From contig JAVYPJ010000001.1 in the NCBI GenBank assembly GCA_038733315.1, forward strand, positions 231,863 to 295,862: a stretch of DNA of 64,000 nt, in the 5' to 3' direction. Both the position numbers and the translations under genes were made by a program. The notes under the pieces are model-generated. The model was not told where the DNA came from. It saw only the letters and a list, made by a program, of their open reading frames with translations, and did no database searches. Positions 31,719 through 40,794 of the stretch are shown piece by piece (the first letter of the stretch is position 1; every line of letters begins with the position of its first letter). This stretch comes from Candidatus Aenigmatarchaeota archaeon (GTDB taxonomy: Archaea > Aenigmatarchaeota > Aenigmatarchaeia > CG10238-14 > SpSt-28).

Positions 31719-32725
31719 TGGGAAAAGTTAATTATTATATTGCTAGTAATGGAATTTTAAAAAGGAAGCAAAACACTGTTTATTTTATTAAAAAGAATGA
31801 AAAGGGAGAAATAGAAAAGAAAGTTTTACCAATTAACAAAATTTATGCTATATACGCTTATGGTAAAATAACTTTTTCATCTGCTGTAGTTTCATATCTT
31901 TCTAAACATGGTGTACCAATACACTTTTTTAACAAATACGGTTTCTATGAAGGTAGTTTATATCCTAGACAAACCTTAGTATCTGGATATTTATTAGTAA
32001 AACAAGTTGAACACTATTTAGATAAGGAAAAAAGATTAGAATTGGCAAAAAAATTTGTTAGGGGTTGTGGAGAAAATATTATAAGAAATTTGCAATATTA
32101 TGAAAGAACAAAAGGAGAGTTAAAAGAAGAAATAGAAAAAATAAGGTTTTTTATAAGCGAATTAGAAAAACAGAATGATATTTCATCGATTATGGCAATA
32201 GAAGGAAACATTTGGAATACTTATTATCAAAGTTTTAACAAAATTTTTCCTGAAGAATTTCATTTTGATAAAAGAAGTAGAAGACCGCCAGAAAATATGA
32301 TAAATTGTTTAATAAGTTTTGGTAATTCTTTGGTATATTCAACTGTATTAACAGAAATTTATAATACACAGTTAAATCCAACTATAAGTTATTTGCATGA
32401 GCCATTTGAAAGAAGATTTTCTTTAGCATTGGATTTAAGCGAAATATTTAGACCTTTGTTATCTGATAGAGTTATTTTTAAGTTAATAAACAAAAGAATT
32501 ATAGATGAAAGTCATTTTGTGAAAGAGCTTAATTATGTTCTTTTGAATGAAAAAGGTAAAAAAATATTTTTGCAACACTACGACGAAAAATTAAAAACAA
32601 CAGTTAAACATAGAGATTTAGGTAGAAGCGTATCTTATAGAAAATTAATTAGATTAGAATGTTATAAGTTGATAAAACACTTGCTTGGAATTAAAAAATA
32701 TGAACCATTTGTAATTTGGTGGTAA
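31718..32725 (+). CDS. cas1: Cas1 (I-B Hmari/Tneap-like)
   Basis: FFNKYGFYEGS, EG, RRPPENMIN..ISFGNS, SYLHEP, LDLSEIF, PFVIWW. Confidence 0.97.
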   Translation: MGKVNYYIASNGILKRKQNTVYFIKKNEKGEIEKKVLPINKIYAIYAYGKITFSSAVVSYLSKHGVPIHFFNKYGFYEGSLYPRQTLVSGYLLVKQVEHYLDKEKRLELAKKFVRGCGENIIRNLQYYERTKGELKEEIEKIRFFISELEKQNDISSIMAIEGNIWNTYYQSFNKIFPEEFHFDKRSRRPPENMINCLISFGNSLVYSTVLTEIYNTQLNPTISYLHEPFERRFSLALDLSEIFRPLLSDRVIFKLINKRIIDESHFVKELNYVLLNEKGKKIFLQHYDEKLKTTVKHRDLGRSVSYRKLIRLECYKLIKHLLGIKKYEPFVIWW

Positions 32726-32726
32726 A

Positions 32727-32990
32727 ATGTACGTAATTATAGTTTACGATGTTTCTATCAAAAGAGTTAATAAAGTATGTCAATTTTTAAAACAATATTT
32801 GAATTGGATTCAAAATTCCGTTTTTGAGGGAGAATTGTCAGAAAGTGAGTTGAAAAGAGTTGAAGTTGGATTAAGCAGAATAATTGATGAAAGCGAAGAT
32901 TCGATTATTATTTATCAACTTCTTTCTGAGAGAGTATTGAAAAGAATTCATATAGGAACAAAAAAAGTAGAACCATCTTCTATTATTTAA
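32727..32990 (+). CDS. cas2: Cas2
   Basis: VYDV, WIQNSVFEG. Confidence 0.97.
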   Translation: MYVIIVYDVSIKRVNKVCQFLKQYLNWIQNSVFEGELSESELKRVEVGLSRIIDESEDSIIIYQLLSERVLKRIHIGTKKVEPSSII

Positions 32991-34309
32991 GGATTAAAAT
33001 TTGTTTTTATTGAAAAAACTTTATCTTTAAATATCAGATAGAACCAAATTGGAAAAATATATATTTTTTTGCTATAGATTTCATATTCATTAAATTCTTT
33101 TAATGTTAAAATTATTCCATAAGAAGTTTTTAAATCTTTTATTTTTTTAGCAAAATTTTTTACATCAATTTCATTAACACTTGTTTTTACTTCAATAGGT
33201 ATAATTTCATTATCTTTAATTTCTATAAAGTCTATTTCTTTATTGCCTTTTCTAAAATAATTCTTTACATTAATTTCACTACAAACAATAGTTTCTAACA
33301 TTTTTCCCGAAATATTATCATCTATTTTTTCATAGAAACAAAAAATCAAAGAAGAAGTTGCAGGATATACTTTTTTGTATTTTCTTGAAGATGCAAGAAT
33401 GCTTGCTCTAAAATTCGATAATAAATTTATAAGTAGAGAAAACCTTAAATAATGCACATAATTCATTATAGTTAATTTACTTCTCTTTAAATCTTTTGAT
33501 AATTTTTCGTAGTTTAAAATTAATCCAGGATTTTTAAAAAATAATTTTACTAAGGTTTCTAATAACTCTACATCAACTCTTTTAAATAGAATTGATAAAT
33601 CTTTGTAGATAACTCTATCTATTACAGAAGATTTAATATACATCTCAATTTTTTCTTCATTTTCTTCTTTAACTAATTCTGGGAATCCAGATTTTTTAAT
33701 AAATTCAAAAAAATATTTCAAAAAATTTTCGTTATATACTTTTGCATTTTTGAGCACATCTTCAAAATTAATATTCGAGTTTTTCATTTCTACGAACTCT
33801 TTAAATGTTAATGGTTTTAATTCAAATTCATAAACTCTTCCTGCTAAACTTTCTTTTGATTTTTTAGATAAAATTAAACTCGCTGAACCAGATAAAAAGA
33901 ATTTAATGTTTGGATATAGATCGTAATATATTTTTATTTTATTTTCCCAATTTTCACATTTTTGAATTTCATCAAAAAAAATATAAATTCTATCTATTTC
34001 GTTAAAACTTTTTCCCAAAATTAATTTTTCGTAAGATTCTAATATATCTTTAATATCTAACTTTTCTTCGTCAAAAGAAAAATAAAGAATTTTTTTTGGA
34101 TCAATTCCTTTATCTAAAAGATGTTGAATTATCTGATAAAGAAGCTTTGTTTTTCCTACTCTTCTTAAACCAGTTATTAATATAATTTGCCTATCTTCTA
34201 AATATTTCAAAATAGTATAAAAAAGATACCTTCTATATTTTTCTAAATCTTTTTCGCTTACTTTTCCAGTTGTCCACCAATCATTAAACTTTGTTAACAA
34301 ATCTATCAT
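32987..34309 (-). CDS. AAA_14 ATPase + wHTH + DUF4143 nuclease-like domain
   Basis: GLRRVGKT, DEIQ, SGS, LAGR, GFPE, EIDF..PIEVK. Confidence 0.9.
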   Translation of the reverse strand: MIDLLTKFNDWWTTGKVSEKDLEKYRRYLFYTILKYLEDRQIILITGLRRVGKTKLLYQIIQHLLDKGIDPKKILYFSFDEEKLDIKDILESYEKLILGKSFNEIDRIYIFFDEIQKCENWENKIKIYYDLYPNIKFFLSGSASLILSKKSKESLAGRVYEFELKPLTFKEFVEMKNSNINFEDVLKNAKVYNENFLKYFFEFIKKSGFPELVKEENEEKIEMYIKSSVIDRVIYKDLSILFKRVDVELLETLVKLFFKNPGLILNYEKLSKDLKRSKLTIMNYVHYLRFSLLINLLSNFRASILASSRKYKKVYPATSSLIFCFYEKIDDNISGKMLETIVCSEINVKNYFRKGNKEIDFIEIKDNEIIPIEVKTSVNEIDVKNFAKKIKDLKTSYGIILTLKEFNEYEIYSKKIYIFPIWFYLIFKDKVFSIKTNFNP

Positions 34310-34313
34310 AATA

Positions 34314-34368
34314 TTAGTTAAATATATTGAACTAATATTTAAATTTTTAGTTAAGTCAACTTAACTAA
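34314..34368. promoter_or_regulatory. Twin palindromic operator-like sites TTAGTT-N10-AACTAA flanking a TATA box
   Basis: 34314-34335 and 34347-34368, 33 bp apart; TTTAAATA on the minus strand between them. Confidence 0.65.
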
Positions 34369-34403
34369 TGATATAGTAACATAAAAATAAACGTAGCGGT
34401 TTA

Positions 34404-34684
34404 ATGCTAACAAATATAAAGTTAATAGAAACAAAACAAAAACGCTAGACTAATTTCTGCAACACCAATTATAATAAGAATTTCAGAAAGAAGTTATGAG
34501 AAATATAATATAACAAAAGAAAAAGAATATACCATTTATAATTACGTGATTACAAACTTCTTTTTTAAACTTTGATTGTTCGAATAAAGAAAATAGAGAG
34601 CAAAAAAAGATTTTAGAGTTTGGAATTGATTGTGGGTTTGGAGAAAGAAATAGTTTAGGGTTTGGATTTATAAATATTAAATAA
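34404..34684 (+). pseudogene. cas6: cas6 relic (5'-truncated, frameshifted, internally deleted)
   Basis: Fragments translate to IKLI, LISATPIIIRISERSYEKYNI and EQKKILEFGIDCGFGERNSLGFGFIN, near-identical to the intact cas6. Confidence 0.9.
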
Positions 34685-34866
34685 CTAGAAAAAATTCTAG
34701 AGAATGGTGTGTAGTGTTATCTAAATTTTTTGCGTTTATAGAGAACTTTGTGCTTTAACAAAGATTAAAAACTTCAAACAATTTCCCTATTTTCTCTATT
34801 TTATTTGCAACTAATATAAAAATAATAGAATTAATCTTTATATATATGAAAAAATAATAGAGATAT

Positions 34867-36126
34867 ATGGAGGAGGTACTTATTAAAAGGAAGCTTGAAG
34901 AAAAAATTAAAAAATTCATAGATAGAAGGGAAATTATAGGTATTAGAGGCGCAAGACAAACTGGTAAAACTACTCTTTTAAAAATGATTGAAAAAGAAAT
35001 AATTGGGAATAAAGTTTTTATTAACTTAGATTTAGCTGAATATAGAAGAGCATTAGAAGAAAATACAATAGATTTTGTGAAAAGATTTAAGAAGCCCGGT
35101 GAAAAGTTGTTTTTATTTTTGGATGAGATTCAAAGAGTAAAAAATGCCGGTGAAAAATTAAAAATAATTTTTGATGAATTCCAAGATGTGAAAATATTTA
35201 TTTCTGGCTCATCCTCTTTAGAGTTGAAAGCGAATGTTTTACCATTTTTAGTTGGTAGGCTTTTTCTTTTCGAGCTTTTAACTTTTGGTTTCGAGGAGTT
35301 TTTATCAGCAAAAGACGAAAATCTAAAAAGATTGTTTATAGAAAAGCACGAATCTCTTAGAAAATTTTTAGAGGGAAGCGATGAAATCGCTCAGCCCTCT
35401 TTTATTGAAGAATTTTTAAAGTATTGGAAAGAGTATGTTGTTTTTGGAGGTTATCCAGAGGTTGTTAAAGCAACTAATCAAGAAGAAAAAGTCACAATAT
35501 TAAAAAATATTTTTAACCTTTACTTAGAGAAAGATATAGTAGCTTTTTTCAAAATAGAAGAAACTTCAAAGTTTGAAGATTTAGTAAAAATTTTGGCATT
35601 CAATATATCTAATTTAATTTCAGTTTCTTCCTTAGCTTCCGAGTTAAAGATAAGCTTTAGGAAAGTAGAAGAGTTCTTAACAATACTCAAGCATACTTAT
35701 GTAATTTATGAATTGAAACCATTTTATAAGAATTTAGTTACCGAATTAAAAAAATCTCCAAAAATTTATTTCCTAGATTTGGGTCTTAGAAATTCAGTAA
35801 TAAATAATTTTTTTCCTTTTGATGAAAGAAGCGATAAAGGTGCTTTAATGGAAAATTTTGTTTTAAGAGAATTGTTATCCTTTGAAGACTGGAAATTAAA
35901 TTATTGGAGAACTACAGGAAAGTCAGAAATAGATTTTGTTTTAAGAAAGGGCGATATTATAATTCCTGTTGAAGTTAGATTGAGTGGAGAAAAATTAGGT
36001 AAAAGTTTTTATAGTTTTTTAAATTCATATAAGCCAGAAAGAGCAATTATAGTAACTCTAGATAAATTTAAAAAAGAAAAAATTGGAAAAACTATAGTTC
36101 ATTGGGTTCCTGTATTTTATTTTTAA
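34867..36126 (+). CDS. AAA_14 ATPase + DUF4143 protein
   Basis: GARQTGKT, LDEIQ, SGSS, GGYPE, PKIYFLDLG, EN, YWR..EIDF..PVEV. Confidence 0.9.
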   Translation: MEEVLIKRKLEEKIKKFIDRREIIGIRGARQTGKTTLLKMIEKEIIGNKVFINLDLAEYRRALEENTIDFVKRFKKPGEKLFLFLDEIQRVKNAGEKLKIIFDEFQDVKIFISGSSSLELKANVLPFLVGRLFLFELLTFGFEEFLSAKDENLKRLFIEKHESLRKFLEGSDEIAQPSFIEEFLKYWKEYVVFGGYPEVVKATNQEEKVTILKNIFNLYLEKDIVAFFKIEETSKFEDLVKILAFNISNLISVSSLASELKISFRKVEEFLTILKHTYVIYELKPFYKNLVTELKKSPKIYFLDLGLRNSVINNFFPFDERSDKGALMENFVLRELLSFEDWKLNYWRTTGKSEIDFVLRKGDIIIPVEVRLSGEKLGKSFYSFLNSYKPERAIIVTLDKFKKEKIGKTIVHWVPVFYF

Positions 36127-36576
36127 TTATTTTTTCGAGTTAGATTTATTAGGCGACAGTATACCTTCTAATATTACACTATCATAAACTTCTTTTTTGG
36201 GTTCTTCGGGCACCAATTCAACTCCTATTATATATCCATATATCCATCTTCTATTAAGAACTTCATCCATCTGCCAGTACAAGTATCCTTCATACACAAC
36301 GTACTTCATATTTACTAAATCTTCTCTTTTGAATGGCGAATTTTCTATTTTAAATCCATGTTTTTCAAAAACTTTTCTCATTTTTTCAATTATTTCTTTT
36401 TTTCTCATAACTGTATATTCATGAGGAAGTCTTTTTGCATAGGTCCAGGCAAATTCGAAATTTTTGTCTTTAATAAAATCCTTAAAAAACTTTGCTTCTT
36501 CATCATCTATATCTTCAAGATGCCTAATAGGAATTTCTATTATTTTATCCAAAAGTCTAGATTTTATTTTTTTCAT
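36127..36576 (-). CDS. Hypothetical protein
   Basis: 149-aa ORF with FAWTYAKRLPHEY and GYLYWQM..LNR motifs; function unknown. Confidence 0.6.
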   Translation of the reverse strand: MKKIKSRLLDKIIEIPIRHLEDIDDEEAKFFKDFIKDKNFEFAWTYAKRLPHEYTVMRKKEIIEKMRKVFEKHGFKIENSPFKREDLVNMKYVVYEGYLYWQMDEVLNRRWIYGYIIGVELVPEEPKKEVYDSVILEGILSPNKSNSKK

Positions 36577-36665
36577 AATATTATTTCTATAGCTAAAAAT
36601 TAATATTTTATTATACGTTCAAAAAACAATTAAAAAAACCATCAATATAGCTAAAAAAAAAAACG

Positions 36666-37055
36666 TTGCAAAAATTATTTTACTTAAAATTTTCTCATTT
36701 AATAAGAATTATAAAGAATTTTAGAATTTCTATGTTAGTAGCTAGTAGAAAATTATTAGAGTGTATAGCATCCTCTTTACTTGATGCAAATTTTTATTGG
36801 AGAAATGGAAATAGGGAAATTGATTTTATTTTAAAGAACAATAAATTAATTCCTATTGAAATTAAATCCATAGCTGAAATAGAGTTTGAAAACTTTTGAA
36901 AAAATTGAAATTAAATAAAGAGTTTTATTATACAATGGTAAATATAGAGAGCTAAGAAAGTTAAATGGAATTGAAATAGAAATTTTACCTTTGTTCGAAT
37001 TTAGCATACGAAGAAATCCTAAAAGAATAAAATGTTCTAACTATATAATAGGATA
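36666..37055 (+). pseudogene. C-terminal relic of a third DUF4143 ATPase
   Basis: YWRNGNREIDFILKNNKLIPIEIKS, continued after a stop/frameshift by IEIEILPLFEF; no Walker A; ends approximate. Confidence 0.7.
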
Positions 37056-37093
37056 AATGTTTAAAATCAAAGGAATATGAATAAAGAAAAAAT

Positions 37094-37681
37094 CTATTCT
37101 AAACCGCTTCTAAACTTTCTAATAAATTCTTTATTTTTTAACCAATCGTTAATTATCTTTTCTTTTAAATTTGGATTGTATAATGCACTTGCTGGATGAA
37201 ACATTGGCAAAACAAAGTAATTCTTAAATTCAAAGATTTTTCCATGTACACTCATATTAACAAACTTTTTTCCATTCTTTTCGAAAATATATTTTGTTGC
37301 GATTTCTCCTAAGGTAATTATAAGTCTTGGTTTTATAATTTCTATTTGTTTATTTAGGTAATTAGAGGTGCATATGAAAATTTGTTTTTCGCTTGGTTTA
37401 TTATTTGGTGGAATACATTTAACAACATTTGTTATATAAACTTCTTCTCTTTTTATTCCAACAAGATTTAATAATTCATTAAGAAATTTTCCAGCAGCAC
37501 CAACAAAAGGTCTTCCTTGAATGTCTTCATCTTTTCCAGGTCCTAATCCAATAATCATTATCTTAGAATTTATATTACCCTCTCCAGGAACTGCATTTTT
37601 TCTTAGTTTATATAATTCGCATAGCTCACAAACTTTTATTTTTTCAGCAATCTCATTAATCTCTTTTTCCTTAGAATCCAT
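37094..37681 (-). CDS. udg: Uracil-DNA glycosylase family 4 (Fe-S)
   Basis: CELCEL, VPGEG, GRPFVGAAG, TNVVKC.PP, HPASAL. Confidence 0.92.
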   Translation of the reverse strand: MDSKEKEINEIAEKIKVCELCELYKLRKNAVPGEGNINSKIMIIGLGPGKDEDIQGRPFVGAAGKFLNELLNLVGIKREEVYITNVVKCIPPNNKPSEKQIFICTSNYLNKQIEIIKPRLIITLGEIATKYIFEKNGKKFVNMSVHGKIFEFKNYFVLPMFHPASALYNPNLKEKIINDWLKNKEFIRKFRSGLE

Positions 37682-37721
37682 AAGAATGTTTATAAACTCT
37701 AGATTAATAATAATTATATTT

Positions 37722-38363
37722 ATGAAAAGTTTTCAGATAAAAAATGTAAAAATAGAATGGTTAGGTCATGCAACTTTTAGAATTTATAATGATTTAATAA
37801 TATATTTCGACCCATATATTTTAGATTCTAATCCGAAAAAAGCAGATATAATTTTTGTCTCGCACGATCATTTCGATCATAAAGATGACGAAAATATAAA
37901 ACAAATCTCTAGGGAAGATACAATAATTGTAGGTCCAGAAAGTGTAACAAAGGATTATAAAAATGCCATAACTGTAAAACCCTATGATAGAATAAAGGTT
38001 AAAGGATTAGATGTTTTGGCCTTTCCGTCGTATAATCCAAATAAACCATTTCATCCAAAAGAGAAGGGATATGTAGGCTTTATAATAGATTTTCACGGTA
38101 CAAAAATATATCATCCTGGAGATACAGAGTTAATAGAAGAGATGAAAGAGCTAAGAAAAGAAAATATAGATGTAGCTTTGTTGCCTATAGGAGGAACTTA
38201 TGTTATGGATGTCGACCAAGCACTAAAAGCTATAGAATACATACTTCCTAAGTATGTTATTCCAATGCATTTTGGAAAGTGGAAAAGCATTGAGTTAAAA
38301 GCTGATGTAGAAAGGTTTAAGAAAGAATCCAAAGTAGAGGTAATAGTTTTAGAACCGATATAA
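37722..38363 (+). CDS. Metallo-beta-lactamase-fold hydrolase
   Basis: WLGHA, SHDHFDH, YHPGDT, LPIGG, IPMH; start reassigned to ATG 37722. Confidence 0.88.
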   Translation: MKSFQIKNVKIEWLGHATFRIYNDLIIYFDPYILDSNPKKADIIFVSHDHFDHKDDENIKQISREDTIIVGPESVTKDYKNAITVKPYDRIKVKGLDVLAFPSYNPNKPFHPKEKGYVGFIIDFHGTKIYHPGDTELIEEMKELRKENIDVALLPIGGTYVMDVDQALKAIEYILPKYVIPMHFGKWKSIELKADVERFKKESKVEVIVLEPI

Positions 38364-38366
38364 GAG

Positions 38367-39551
38367 ATGAAATTAAGAATAGCATTCTTTTCTTGGGAGA
38401 GTTTACACTCTTTAAGAGTTGGTGGATTGGCGGTGCATGTAACAGAATTAGCTGCAGCATTAGAAAGATTAGGAAATGAGGTTCATGTATTTACTAGGAT
38501 AGGGCCAAATCAAGGAATGTATAGTTTAATCGATGGGGTTCATTATCATAGAGTTAGTTTTGGATTCGAAAACGATTTAATTAGAGAATTAACAGTTAAT
38601 ATGGCTAGAAGTATGGTCGAAAGGTTTAATGAAGTTGAAAATGTTTTTGGAAACTTTGATATAATTCACGGCCACGATTGGCATGTTGTTACAGCATTAG
38701 ATGAAATAAAGAGAACAAAAAATAAAAAAACAGTTTTTACTTTACATTCAACTCAATATGGAAGGGATGGAAATAATTTTTTTGATGGTGCAGCTAAGGT
38801 TATAAGAGATTTAGAATGGTTTGGGACTTATATTGCCGATAGAGTAATTGTTTGTTCGCAAACTATGAAAGATGAAATAATGAAAATATACCAAACACCA
38901 GAATATAAAATTAGGGTAATTCCTAACGGAATTTGGGCAAAGAATTTTGATGGAGAGATAGATGCTTATCACGATGTTAAAAAACATTTTGGGTTTAACG
39001 TTTACGATCCGGTAATAGTTTTTTTTGGTAGAATGACACACATGAAAGGGGTTGACTTGTTGTTGGAGAGTGTTCCATTAGTTTTACAAGAGTTTCCTAA
39101 TGCCAAATTTATCTTTATAGGGGATGGATATGCTAGGGCAGAATTTGAGAGAAGAGCATACGAATTAGGCTTACTAAATAATCATGTTTTCTTTACTGGA
39201 TATGTTAATGATGAATGGAAAACAAAAATTGTTAAGGCCAGCGATTGTGTAGTAGTTCCAAGCAGAAATGAACCATTTGGAATAGTTGTTCTAGAAGCTT
39301 GGAGTTGTAAAAAACCTGTAATTGCAAGTTGTGGAACTGGTGCTGGAGAATTGATATGGAATGGGGTTAATGGATACAAAGTTCAGTTAAATCCTGAAAG
39401 TATAGCGGATGGAATAAAACAAATAATTAGAAATCCGATGCATGCAAAATATATGGGAGAAAATGGAAGAAAAATAGCTGAAACTATTTTTAATTGGGAC
39501 AATATTGCAAAACAAACTTTAAGAGTTTATGAAGAGTTATTGGAAAAATAG
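38367..39551 (+). CDS. GT4 glycosyltransferase (glycogen-synthase-like)
   Basis: VGGLAVHV, HGHDW, KG, PSRNEPFGIVVLEA. Confidence 0.9.
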   Translation: MKLRIAFFSWESLHSLRVGGLAVHVTELAAALERLGNEVHVFTRIGPNQGMYSLIDGVHYHRVSFGFENDLIRELTVNMARSMVERFNEVENVFGNFDIIHGHDWHVVTALDEIKRTKNKKTVFTLHSTQYGRDGNNFFDGAAKVIRDLEWFGTYIADRVIVCSQTMKDEIMKIYQTPEYKIRVIPNGIWAKNFDGEIDAYHDVKKHFGFNVYDPVIVFFGRMTHMKGVDLLLESVPLVLQEFPNAKFIFIGDGYARAEFERRAYELGLLNNHVFFTGYVNDEWKTKIVKASDCVVVPSRNEPFGIVVLEAWSCKKPVIASCGTGAGELIWNGVNGYKVQLNPESIADGIKQIIRNPMHAKYMGENGRKIAETIFNWDNIAKQTLRVYEELLEK

Positions 39552-39555
39552 ACTT

Positions 39556-40794
39556 TTATCTTCTTAACAAACTTTCATAGATTTCTAGAGTTTTCTTTGC
39601 TGTATATTCTATTTTAAAGTTTTCTTCTACTCTCTTTCTACCGCTTTTACCCCATTTTTTCGCTTCGTCTAAATTATTTAAAACAACTTCTATACCCCAA
39701 GCAATATCTAACGGATCTTCTCCATTAACATGCACCCCACATCTATTTTCTCCGCTAGGTATTACTTGCTCTTTTAATCCGTTAACATTCTTTGCTCCAA
39801 CTATTACCGGTTTTTCCATGCTCATAGCCTCTAAGCTAACTATTCCAAAAGGTTCGCTAATCGATGGAAAAACGCAAACATCAGCTAATGCATAATGTGC
39901 AATTCTCTCTTCTTCACTAACCCATTTAGAATAAATTTCGACATTATTTAATCCCAATTGCTGTTTTAGCTGTAATAGATTATGATATTCTTCCCCTTTT
40001 CCTAAGATCACAAGCTTAACATCTTTAAATTTTTTATTAATTTCTGCCATAGCTCTTAAAAGATTATAAACACCCTTAATCCAAGTTAATCTTCCAACAA
40101 AAAGAATAACTATTTCGTTTTCTATTCTGTATCTTTGTTTTAGCTCTTCAACTAACTTCCAATTAACGTTTTTTAAACTATATTTTTCTGTATCTATTCC
40201 ATTATAAACAACCTCTATTTTTTCCTTTGGATAATCTAGAGAAATTAAAAAATCTTTCATAGAATATGAAACTGTAATTATTTTATCTGCATATTTTGCT
40301 GCTGTTCTTTCTATGTCTTTTATAGTTTCGCTTCCCCCTCCAAAAGTTCTTTGCTCTTCTACAGCATGTATGTGAAATACAGCGGGCAAGTTGGTATTTT
40401 GTTTGCTGATTATTCCAGCAAAAGCTGAAAGCCAGTCGTGAAAGCTAATTATATCGAAAGATTTTTTTTGTTTCCTAATAAGTAAATTAACAAACTTTGT
40501 TGCGGAAAGTATGTTATATGTATATATATCTGCAAAAAATTTTAGATGCCAACCCCATCTTCTTAAATCCTCTTTAACAACAATAGGAAAAATGTCCATT
40601 ATGTTAACTAACATTGGTCTATGGATCTCTATTCCATTCCAAATTTCATAAGTTTGTAGGTTTCCGTCGTTTAAAGTAAATACAGAAACATCATTTCCAA
40701 ATTCTTTAAATTTTTTAGTTATTTCTATAGCATAAGTTCCTAAGCCACCTACTAATAAAGGATAAAACTCGTAACAGAAAAAACCAATTTTCAT
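39556..40794 (-). CDS. GT4 glycosyltransferase
   Basis: VGGLG, HDW, GRL..KG, PSISEPFGIVSLEAM. Confidence 0.9.
   Translation of the reverse strand: MKIGFFCYEFYPLLVGGLGTYAIEITKKFKEFGNDVSVFTLNDGNLQTYEIWNGIEIHRPMLVNIMDIFPIVVKEDLRRWGWHLKFFADIYTYNILSATKFVNLLIRKQKKSFDIISFHDWLSAFAGIISKQNTNLPAVFHIHAVEEQRTFGGGSETIKDIERTAAKYADKIITVSYSMKDFLISLDYPKEKIEVVYNGIDTEKYSLKNVNWKLVEELKQRYRIENEIVILFVGRLTWIKGVYNLLRAMAEINKKFKDVKLVILGKGEEYHNLLQLKQQLGLNNVEIYSKWVSEEERIAHYALADVCVFPSISEPFGIVSLEAMSMEKPVIVGAKNVNGLKEQVIPSGENRCGVHVNGEDPLDIAWGIEVVLNNLDEAKKWGKSGRKRVEENFKIEYTAKKTLEIYESLLRR

Noticed and set aside
10050..37093. Integrated mobile element boundaries for the defence region
   Set aside because: No integrase, transposase, att-like direct repeats or terminal inverted repeats were recognised.
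37521..37721. N-terminal extension of the MBL hydrolase in the ORF track
   Set aside because: It is the antisense shadow of udg; the real start is ATG 37722.
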